From Hormiphora californensis (taxonomy: Eukaryota; Animalia; Ctenophora): DNA of 64,000 bases. Below the pieces are notes generated by a model, which was not told where the DNA came from, did no database searches, and worked only from the letters and a program-made list of their open reading frames with translations. The stretch lies in NCBI GenBank assembly GCA_020137815.1, contig CM035352.1, positions 1,116,001 through 1,180,000 on the forward strand, in the 5' to 3' direction. The translations under genes were made by a program, and so were the position numbers. This document shows, piece by piece, positions 53,159 to 64,000 of the stretch (position 1 is its first letter; each line of letters starts with the position of its first letter).

Positions 53159-54383
53159 CTGAACGTACAGGAGAACTCTCTCTCTGATCAGAGAAAATTC
53201 TCCTGTGTGCTTCCTATAAAATCTAGAGTCAAGGACACAGACCATTTCTCTAAAGGGTAGCTGGTACACAAAACTCTAGAGCTGAAATTAATGATTGCTT
53301 GTAAACACGCTAATCTCTTGTTCTTGTGAACACTGGGGTGTATTATAACTATTACACTAGTTATATACTAGTAGTTATACTAATTATCATATCAACCACT
53401 ATGCCACCTCATGATGTGTTGGAGAGACACACAAGTGTACTATATATCTTACTACTACTAACACACACCTACTACTAGTAAACCACACGCACAGAATCGC
53501 AAGCAACTTCATCTCTAGCACTATAGCTTCCGCACAATCACTACTTTTTTCATTACCACACAATTTCAACAGAGCCGGTGATATATAGGCTAACGACCAT
53601 CATGATCAAAGAGGGGGAGGGGAATATCATTTTTAGAATTCAATGTGGTACAGCGGCGCCAACAAAAAGGGGGGGGGGGGGTATCCATTTCTCATTCAGA
53701 CGAACAAAACTAGTAAGACATGGATCTCTCGACTAGACCGCGTTGCAATGCAACTTGCATCTGTGAACTATCGTAAATGAAATAGTAATATGCTAATATA
53801 ATTTGAAGCAAAATGAGAACATGAATGAACCATGGGCACACACACTCTCTCTCAGTCACTCTCTCTCCCTCTCTTTCTCTCTCTGGGTAAGAAAAAAAGA
53901 CGTGAAATTTAGCAATATTCAGTCACAATAGCATATGACCAACTGCAGCCCTAACAATTGCAAGAGAAAAGATGTGGTGTGAGGTCGACTGAAGAGCGGT
54001 AACTATATTTCGCTAACAAAACAACACGGCCTGGAGTTGTCTTTGTCTGCACAGACACGACCCCTTGTTGTGAAACCATATGTCACTCTAACAGGAAGTA
54101 CACGGTTTCTCTTGTTGTGTCCTAACCCGGTCTTTGTCGAGTCTTTGTGGCCCCAATTAGCCCCCTCTCCAAAACAAACAAAAGGCAACACTTTGAGTCA
54201 TATATCAAAGAAGATGGAGGTATAGAAACAGTTGCTTCAAATTTAATATGTAACTTTTAGCTTGACAAAAATGAAAAATAGTTTAAAGCTTCTCCCAGCA
54301 GCTCCCACGGAGAGGGACCACGAAGCAAGATAATGCGTGAGAATGTGAAAAACAAACAACTCTGGGGAGAGAGAGAGGGGGAG

Positions 54384-54428
<45 letters not shown>

Positions 54429-54431
54429 GAC

Positions 54432-54485
<54 letters not shown>

Positions 54486-54497
54486 GAGAGACTAGAG

Positions 54498-54533
<36 letters not shown>

Positions 54534-54539
54534 GGAGAG

Positions 54540-54677
<138 letters not shown>

Positions 54678-55333
54678 TGTAGAGGGTCAGATGATATGGA
54701 ACCTGCTGCACAAAGTAGGACTAGTAGGTCCTGCGGCTGCATGTTTGATGAATAAGCTACTACATATATGAAGATTAGAAATAGTTTCAATAGGACATTG
54801 GGATAGACCATAGCTTGCAAGATAGTTTGTGGTTTAGGTTCAGAAAACTGTAGCATTACATAACGTGCATAACAACGCTCGTCGAAGACGAGAAGCATGC
54901 TTCAATAAGATACGTACACTAGATATAGGATCACTTGCTAATGCTAAGCAATAAAGATCCGATCAAGGTTCACACTGCTATATCACTTATCATAACACGT
55001 AACTGTGCCCTTGATATACATGGTGAACTAATGGTGAACTAATGAGGGAGATCGAGAGGGGGAGATCAAGAGGGAGAGAGAAAAATCTTCTTTTGAGAAT
55101 ATTGATGTTTTATGAAAGTTAAACAAATAAACGGTGTGTATTTATATCAAATCGGGTAAAGCAATTAACGTCAAGTAATGCCATTGCCAATTATCATTGC
55201 CGATGGTCTTTTGTTGTTGTTTGTCATTCGTCGGTCTCATTAGGTAATTGGTTAAAGCTTGCCTCCAGCTCCAATTAGTGTAAGGTAATGGCACAGTTTT
55301 CAGTAAATATCGACTATCCGGCATTCATAATAC

Positions 55334-55774
<441 letters not shown>

Positions 55775-55884
55775 TTTGTTGTAACGTAAGCCGCGGTAAA
55801 TTAAATAAACATGTGCAAAATTGAAATGCGCGCATCGCGCCGCGCTACAAAACTCAATATTCAAATCCGCGCCCGAAAAAAGTA

Positions 55885-56106
55885 AAGTCGGATTTTTTGA
55901 AACTGTCACCCCCCTGAAATAACAAAATTTGCCATATCTCCGGTTCCTGATAAGATAGAGACTTGAAATTTGGTGGTTCGGAAGAACTTAGCAAGATCTT
56001 CATAACCTCCAAATTTCAAGTCTCTATCTCGTCAGGAACCGGATTTATGGTCATTTACGAAATTTGAAAATACCCAGGGGGGTGACAGTTTCAAAAAATC
56101 CGACTT
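55885..56106. mobile_element. Palindromic MITE, TA-flanked AAGTCG termini; related terminus type at 62530-62801
   Basis: ta|aagtcggattttttgaaactgtcacccccctg ... cagggggggtgacagtttcaaaaaatccgactt|ta. Confidence 0.82.
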
Positions 56107-56839
56107 TATCGTGACCTCTTTTTAAATTTTCATTTTCTTGAAATCGTTTCGAGAGTCTCAATCGGCTTGACTGACGCAGAGAGGTCTGTAACAATCCATC
56201 GATTAAATTTTAGCGGTCGAGACGGGTTAGAGTTACAGGCTGCCGTCACTCTATAGCCCTAATAAAACCATATCGTATAGGGCAGCCGCTACCCTTTCCA
56301 GTATCTGATATGGTTAGGGCTATGTTTATCGGTTAGTTCTATCGATTATCTATTAGGTACCGTTCCGTAAAATTGACCTTGTGGTTGCGTGGCATAGTCA
56401 TTTGAAAAAAAAGTTCGTCTAAGTGTACTCGTTTCGGTAGCATGCACCTGTAAACAGGCTTCGAGAGACCCAGATTTTAATCGCCCCCGAATTTGCTTGA
56501 TCAAATTCAGTCTCTTATCAAGGGCCGCAGATATAATTGAACTGTTGTGAACAGATTAAAAGGGCGTAATTTTGGTTCAATTCTAGCTCGAGCTGTAGTT
56601 TGATGTATTTTGTAATGGTCAAGGTAGGTCTGAAACACGCGGATCATTTGTGTTTATTGTCGCAACTGTGATTAATGTGTAACCCAACCCATCTTAGCGT
56701 ATAGCAGATGCAGCATTGAGAGACCAATCTGGGGGATTTGATCTGTGATATGTGATAGTTGTACAACCTTTGTACTCTTTTCCACTTTCTAGCTAATCAT
56801 ACTGCCGTACTTTTTCACCGGAAGAGTAGTCATGGTGAA

Positions 56840-59800
56840 ATGAGTGCCAGTCCAATTTTGGATCTACCTAAATTAATCTTGGTAAGATATATCCTATTTA
56901 CTATGTACCAGGTATCGTACCACCCAAGGGGTGCGTTGAAGTTATAACACACCCCAGAAAAGAGGCTTCCCATCTAAATCTAATCCTCTCATATTTTCTT
57001 TAGACGCCAAAGCAGGGTGTGCAAAGGAGAGCTGGTATCCGGCGACCCTCCGACTTTTCAGTCGAGGAAGATTCAAAAGAGTTCCAGGCGTCAAAACGCA
57101 GAACTTCATTGTACGTTGTATGATATTATTTCCGTATCAATCACGATACGAATCAAGTTAATTAGCAGGTCAAACTTTTGATGGGGGACTCCTCACACCT
57201 GCCAAAACTTTCCACTCCTATTATAGGAAATAAAAGCTGTTAAAGTCACAGATCATATCTTCTTTTTAGTGCACGTGGTGGCCTCTCATCAGTTAGTGAG
57301 TTTGATGATTCGAAGATATGCAAACTAGTACTCGAGAAAACGAGGAGTCACTCCCGTGGGCCCGGAAGGGTGGATGCCATCAAAGCATCCAACAACCTGG
57401 CCAGATATTTCGACCAAATTTCCACTGATGATATCTTGTCGGAGAGTATCAAGTGTATCAAGAACCGAATCGGATCTGTAGGTGAATTAAACACACAGTA
57501 TTTTCTCAGACTTTATCATTGTAATCTTGCTTGGTTGAAAAATGTAGCACCATGGTAACCATGGTAACCATCCTAACATTTTCAAGGTGACCACAACTTT
57601 GAGAGCAAGGATCTAATGCGATACCTCAGTGAAGTGTTTGGGAAGTCTGAATTCGAAATGGACAACATTTCCAAGGTGTGTGAATAATAATGAAGAGTTT
57701 AATGAAAGGTTGCAGGAGCAAATGAGCTAAATAAAGCGTAGGGTAGCTGCTGGCTATTTGAAATGGCGGCTTATTTGAAACACCCCCTCTACTGTAACAG
57801 GCCGGCAGGTTCACCAAATCTGGATTTTTAGACATCAGTGGGCTTGGCATGAGTTCTGACTAGCCCACTGATGTCTAACAAGAATTATTTGCATTATGTA
57901 TCCATAATGCTACGTTTCCCTGCCCTCTTCGATTTGCCATTCAACTCGCCCAACGAGTAAGCTGTCCGCAAAATGGGGATTTGTGTTTTTTCGAATTTTT
58001 GAACAAAACGCAGAACAGATTTTTCAATTTCTCCATTTTCCCCAATCAAAAGGCCCGGCCGATATAAAACAAATTTTGCCGCGCATTACAGTTTATAGCC
58101 GCGCGCCCCTCATAAAATTTCAATTGTTTGCATCCGCACATTTTACTCCGCAAGTGTCAGATCGCGCGCGCCGCGAGGTTGCCCCTCGCAACGAAAGTGT
58201 GACCTCTACCGATTAGTTAGTACTAGCAAAACTGGGGCGATCGTACCGATCGCAAATCGAGGGGTCTGTTTCTATGTTTTTCTCTCTGCCTGTCTGCTAT
58301 ATGCTATGTGATGTGATCCCCCTCTTTTTCTCTCTTTCTCTCCCTTTTATATATGTGATGTGACCCCTCAGGCCTCAAGTAGTTCTCAACACGTGTGATA
58401 CGTGATACCTACGAATCACGTCGTCACACTGACGGATCACATCGTCTCACTGACGGATCACATCGTCACACTGACGGATCACGTCGTCACATTGACGATA
58501 GGGTGTCACATTTCCGTGCAAATTTGCATTAGATATAGTTAGATACCAAAATGTCGTTTTCGAATTCTAACCCTGCTATGCTTTTTTACAAAGTAAAAAG
58601 GCATCCGGGTGAATGCATTCACCCGGGCAGGGAAAAAATCCAAATCTGGTGCACCTGCTGGCCTGTAGAGGGGGTGTTTCAAATTAGCCGTAATTTCAAA
58701 TAGCCAGTCGCTACCCTACCTAGTGCATGTGATTATTAACCAAATTCTATTTCAGAGGCTAGAAGGAGCAGAGCATTCCGTACAAGTGTCGCTGGAGAGT
58801 TCTTCACTAAACAAAGTTTCAAAGGTAGCGAGTTCACTGTTCACACACAGAGTGCGGGTACGGATAAAAAATCTTCAGCTCCTATAATTTTACACCCTCA
58901 AGCAGTTCATCAATGATATTATAAGTTGTACAAAGATTACAGAGACAATAATTTCAGAGTGTTCTGTGTTCGGTTAGTCTGAAGAAGATGAACGAAAGAT
59001 TTCTATTTTCCACTTGTAGCCCCGATAACACGCTGGTCAGTTTCAACTACACTCCAACAAGTCATTTAGCTGATTTATCATTCATGTTGACAGTTTTTAA
59101 ATCAAATATTTCTCCTATTTTATACTCTTATTTCTTCCCCTCCAACTCAAATACATCCACAGAATAGCTTGTACAGTTTCTCACATCTTCTACACACCTA
59201 CAGTTATCCACGGCATGCAGTCGGGACGGTAAAAGTAACAATCTGGTTTGGAACTCCAAGATGGGGAACATATCCCTCCCCCACAGCCGGGGTTTGCAGC
59301 TTTTAGTTGCAGTTTGGGAGCTCAAGAAGGACCATGTCTCACACGCTACTCTGGAGAGGGATGCCAAGTGCAAGGGGGCCGCTTTCATCGACCTAAAGTG
59401 AGTTTTAATCGATCTATTATAGGTATCATCATTCATCATCATCAGTTATAGATAGAGAGAATCAGAGAAGAAAAAGGGGGGGGGGTATAATACCGTGGCA
59501 CCGTGCCAAAAGATATTAGGTCACTTTGATATCTCTTTACACTTTTGGGTATGTTTTGCATTCCACTTCAGGTACTTTCTATATAGTACATAACTCCCTC
59601 CCGCGCGGGCATCTATTCAATAGACGCACTGCAGAGCAGTGCGTCTATTGAGCTGTAATGCACGGGTCCCGAAGGGACCCGTGCGTTACAGCCCTGTAAA
59701 TCCCGAGCGTCAGCGAGGGGTTTACAGGTATATCTGCACGTAAGGGAGGGAGTTGTGTTCTATAGACCCCGCTGGCGGGCACCTAGAAGCAAAACAAGCA

Positions 59801-62800
59801 CAAATTAGGTGGTAGACACAGAGAGAGCTCACACAAAACGGGTCAAACAGTTAGAAATGAAGCTACAGAGTGCTTCTCTACATTCCTACACACTCGTAAC
59901 AATCGTTGTAACAGTTTCAAAGCGTGGAATGCAGAGAGAGATTACAGTTAATTGTGGGTCATGAGCAACAGTTGCAACAGACTGGCGGGCGCCAAATCTA
60001 GACAGAGAGCCTTGTAGGTTGTACACACACTCCCTCTTGAGTTACCAAGTCATTTTATCGTGTTTCCAGTTCTTTGTGATCTTTACACAAATCTGTCAGA
60101 GGGCGTGCGTCTATCGAGACACAAACTCACGGCAGTGCACGGCCCAATAGACCAGTGCAAATTGTTTGAGCGCGCCGTGCGTCTATTTGAGCCGGCGGGG
60201 TCTATATAGTACATAACGTTCTGCACGCAGTGCAAGCGCGCCATATACGCTCTGCACTGCAGAGCGTATATGGAGGTGAAATGCACGACAGCGCAGCTGG
60301 AGTGCATTTCACACCTATATTGCACGAGTGTAACGAGTGCGATATAGGAGCGGTTGCACATGCCGTGCAGGACGTTATTGAGTATATATTCCGCGAGAAA
60401 ACACATGACAAGCAAAACAATCACAATTTTGGGTGATTACACACAGAGAGATGTGACAAAACAAGGTACAAACTAAGCAAAACTACACAAAATACACTAC
60501 TACACCTTTTACACACAAGGGGACCAAGTTTTGACAGTTTTAACAGTGAAAAGAAGAGAGAGATAATGAGAGAGATACGAGAGAGGGAGATTGGAATTCT
60601 TGGAAATAGCAAACAACAAAACGTGATAAGGGGATAATTAGAAAGAGAAAGAGGGAGAGTGAGTGTAAAATGGCAGACTGTGTGTCGTGTTGTACCTTGT
60701 CAGTCATATTTTGTGTGTTTGTGTGTGAATAAGGTGTAAAAACACTGCAAGAACACTTTTCTTAATTATATCCCGCTACCTCTATATCTGCACGCTCCCG
60801 CGGAAGCACAGTGCATATTTCAGCGTGCAAATGGTCGCGCACAGCGGGAGTGATATGTGCACTCGCGGTATATATATAATAAGAAACGACTTATCCTCAT
60901 TATCTTCTACAGTGACACAAAAAACACGGATGGAGAGTATAGGAGACACACCCTAACCCAGTGCAAAGCTTTGTTGAAAGGCAAAACGGGAAAGGATAAG
61001 GGGACAATCAATATAGCAGCAACCTACAATTCAGTCATCAACCCCCATAACAAGGCCGTCATGGTAAGTACTAATATATCACCAACCCCCCCCCCCCCCA
61101 TTCATGAACCCCCAGAACTCAGAACTCCCCCTTTGGTGGACCTCGCACAACATGTAACGTTGGCTCTTCATGGCCATATGATAGAAACCACCTAACCCAA
61201 TTAGTGTAATTACTAATTATCCTGTAGGTAAGGGCGGGAATGCTCAATAGATTTCTCTGTCATGATATTCCGACGAAAGGAAAGCTCCACCCGATAGCCG
61301 TGTCTATCCTTCAGCTACATAAAACACAACAAAAGGTACATAGCTGTTCCAGGTGTGGTAATTACAGTAATTACATTCTATCTTTGCTTATAAAGGGATT
61401 TCTGGTAAAGCGCTCGACAGGATCAACGATTATTAAATCTTGTATTACTTTGTAATTACATTCTAATTATCTAATCCAGCGGGTATATTTTGTTGTCAAT
61501 TTATAACCATGATTCCTGGGGGCCACCAGTAGTAGGCAGCTATTAAGGACCGTATTCCCACTACAAATTCCCACGCGTTACAGTTATCAAATGACGAGTT
61601 AAAATTTGTGGACTGGTTGGTACAGGGGGAGAGGTGCCTTCGAACAAACAGTAACTACGAGAAATTATCTGGGACTCTGGTGAATCTTGTTAACAATCTG
61701 TCCCACCCACTCGACGAGTTAAATTTAGCAGAGGAGCATGTCAAGACGATATGGAAATCTTTTACAGGTCAGTGGTATAACAACCTGAGAAACCCTTACC
61801 TTTCTCAACCTTCCAGTAGCCAGGAAAGATTAGGATCTAACGATAACCTAGCGATACCTTTTGCTTAGTTGAGAACTAGCCGCTTGATCCTCAACCCCAC
61901 ATGTTTAGATTTCTGTAACGGCTATATTGACCGGATGACCACCATGAATATCCTCTACCCTTACACCAATGAGACAGACCTTGTAGAGCTGAAGTATTTC
62001 AGTGCCTGCTACAGGACAATCACATCTTGTACGGAGTGGGCAAAACAACAAAAACTTCATGTCTTTGTCATGGTAGGTATATTCAATTACATTACCACCC
62101 TCCCTGCCCATATCCATTATTGGAGGGTTCAGATGCCTGAGCAATCGCTCACTATCGCAAACCGTGTTATATCTGTCAGGCCAATACTCTGACCGCAGTT
62201 CTCGCGCGACCAATGCTCTGACAGTGTTATATATCTTGGGCTACCCTTGATCACCAACCTTTCAGGGACTGAAAAAGAGTATGGAGAAGAATATTCAGGA
62301 GTCACTAAAAAACATCACAAGTGGATTCATTGTGGCTCCTGAAGCAGATGTTCTTAGCCACATTGACAGTGCTATCAACTTTGTAACGGCTATTTATGTA
62401 AGTTGGTAATGAAATTATTATATCCACGCGAGCACCCCAATGGGTGACTTCGTAACCAACTATATAATAAGCTGCTGAATTAATTGTTTCCCCTGTTTTG
62501 ACGCCCGTTTTGACAGAAAACAGTTGATAAAGTCGAATTTTTTAATCAAGGGACAGGGGCCGCGCATTTACAAAAGTCTTTTTGCGCGTGCTAAACGTTT
62601 TCGCTCATATCTCCTGTTCCTGATAAGATAAAGACTTGGTCTTGGTTGCGTTGAAAAGGTCTTAAAATTATCTTTCCAACGCTTCCGGGTTCAAGTCTTA
62701 AGATTGCCAGGAACTTGATCTCGATTATCACGCGCAAATACAAAGCCGCGCGACCCCTCTGAATGCGCGGCCCCCTGTCCCTTGATTAAAAAATTCGACT

Positions 62801-63471
62801 TTAAAACGCCAATGGTTCCATCTCAAACATATCAATTTATCCCCAACTCCTAGGTAGAAGTGAAGCAGGTTGATGCCAAATACATTCCTCACCTTCTAAA
62901 CACGCCCTTCATTGAACTGCTACTGTTCGAAGTTAACGAAACGATAGGGCACCGGGTGAACGATGTCCTTCAGAGGGTCATATCTTATGTTCCTGATGTG
63001 GGCGAGGAGGCGGCTGGGAACTACATCAAAATATTAGATTCGGCACTGGCTCTCTATATTAGTGTAGCACAGCTCAAACGAAAGGTGGTGATTTCTTGAT
63101 CTGTTATCTACGGACTCCCATGATATAGCAGAGATGTATCTCTCTCCCTCGATACCTTGACATTTCCCTTGCTCGAACCCGTTTAACCGCGCCCCGCAAG
63201 GGAAACAAATGTAAAGGAGGCTTAGAACATAACATGACAATAACATGATTCCCCTTTTTTATGTATATCGCTAAATTGAGACCCTCACCCCATGACAGTG
63301 TGAGATAATTGATCCGGTTGAAGTGACGAATCTATATCTCGGAAAGTTCCATGCACGGTTTTTTAACATCATTTGCAAGTGGTTAGATGAGAAACTGATC
63401 AAGAACAAGGATTATATCACAAAGGCTACTGGCCAGGAGGACATCCTAAAACCTGTAAACAACGCATGTCA
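56840..63471 (+). CDS. 5' portion of a Munc13-4 (UNC13D)/BAIAP3-family vesicle-priming protein (C2A domain + MUN/MHD1); continues beyond the window
   Basis: Exons approx. 56840-56881, 57004-57110, 57270-57481 (ILSESIKCIKNRIG), 57588-57675 (LMRYLSEVFG), 58756-58824, 58958-59035, 59203-59398 (NLVWN..LLVAVW..GAAFIDL), 60913-61063, 61228-61335 (GKLHPIAVSILQLHKTQ), ..61768, 61909-62072, 62267-62397, 62854-~63086, ~63298-63471 (FHARFFNIICKWL..ITKATGQEDILKP). These resemble recalled UNC13D/BAIAP3 motifs. Confidence 0.78.
57741..58716. mobile_element. TA-flanked GGGTAG-terminated palindromic MITE with a hairpin (57831-57876) and a HINE inserted at its centre
   Basis: ta|gggtagctgctggctatttgaaat ... 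atttcaaatagccagtcgctaccc|ta. Confidence 0.8.
57877..58638 (-). mobile_element. Second HINE/DINE-1-like element (same termini as 51889-52533, different interior with a 21-bp tandem repeat)
   Basis: aacaagaattatttgcattatgtatccataatgc..tttccctgcc ... ccgggtgaatgcattcacccgggcagggaaaaaa; tcacgtcgtcacactgacgga x4 at about 58416-58498. Confidence 0.75.
59580..60206 (+). mobile_element. Three-hairpin A..A'B..B' element, copy 2
   Basis: A tagtacataactccctccc / A' gggagggagttgtgttcta; three hairpins at 59616-59728; B tatagaccccgctggc / B' gccggcggggtctata. Confidence 0.72.
60203..60877 (+). mobile_element. Three-hairpin A..A'B..B' element, copy 3, abutting copy 2
   Basis: A tatatagtacataacgttctgcac / A' gtgcaggacgttattgagtatata; three hairpins at 60241-60348; B tatatattccgcgag / B' ctcgcggtatatata. 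Confidence 0.72.
62530..62801. mobile_element. TA-flanked MITE with AAGTCG termini in a Munc13-4-like intron
   Basis: ta|aagtcgaattttttaatcaagggacaggggccgcgcatt ... aatgcgcggccccctgtcccttgattaaaaaattcgactt|ta. Confidence 0.85.
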
Positions 63472-64000
63472 AGTTAGTGTAGGGCGGGTGTTTTCTATCG
63501 GGCAGATAATCAGGGCTTTTTCATATATCATGTAGTACCCGACGAAGTTTGAGAAACTTACATTCAATATTTGGAACTATTTTAAATTGTTTTGTGATGA
63601 CAATATCTTTTTATAGTGGTCCTGGCTGGTGTTCGATGTTGAGAGAATGAACCTGGATATCGTTGGGATGTTGGATAACTTCGATTTCCCTGATACCAAC
63701 GCCCGGTTTACAGTTACCCTAAAAATGAACTGTGAGTAGGCAGGGGGAACAGCCAACACCGCAAGAAATGTTTCATCCTTTCCTGAGAAATCGGGCGGGA
63801 TCCTAAATAGCTTGATTTCTTCAACTGCTTGTTGCTGTTGAGAAATCAACAAAAGCTGGGGGTGATTATAGATCCCTGGTTAATAGTGTGCACTTAGTAC
63901 ACTGTATTACCGTGTAATTTCACACAGTATACACACATTACTGTACGACAGCTGGATCTGGTTAAACAAAAACAATGATATCATGTACTTCCCTATTTAC

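Overview
Eukaryotic (animal) genomic DNA with compact GT-AG introns, abundant (GA/CT)n microsatellites and many small DNA transposons. The highly diverged metazoan-type genes suggest a non-bilaterian, possibly a ctenophore, but this is an unverified impression. Eight spliced or partial protein-coding genes can be rebuilt by hand. They are: the 3' end of a VWC+Ig gene (+), a Blimp-1/PRDM1-like C2H2 zinc-finger gene lacking a PR/SET domain (-), a Q-rich double-PHD-finger (DPF/PHF10-like) gene (-), a GPI-anchored tandem Ig-like surface protein (+), TBC1D31/WDR67 (+), an orphan type II membrane/pro-ligand gene with a dual-frame last exon (+), an intronless SLC4A11-like transporter (-) and the 5' part of a Munc13-4/BAIAP3-like gene (+). 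Between and within them lie a degenerate L2/CR1-like LINE fragment, Tc1/mariner- and pogo-like MITEs, Helentron-type (HINE) elements, foldbacks and nested TE clusters. Three sequence-divergent but structure-conserved 'three-hairpin' elements resemble site-specific (Crypton-like) mobile DNA. Three stretches (about 9.7-11.2, 15.9-18.7 and 21.1-21.6 kb) are homopolymer-inflated and several genes carry single-base frameshifts, most likely consensus errors. No rRNA, tRNA or CRISPR array was found. All family assignments rest on motifs recalled from known proteins, not on database searches.
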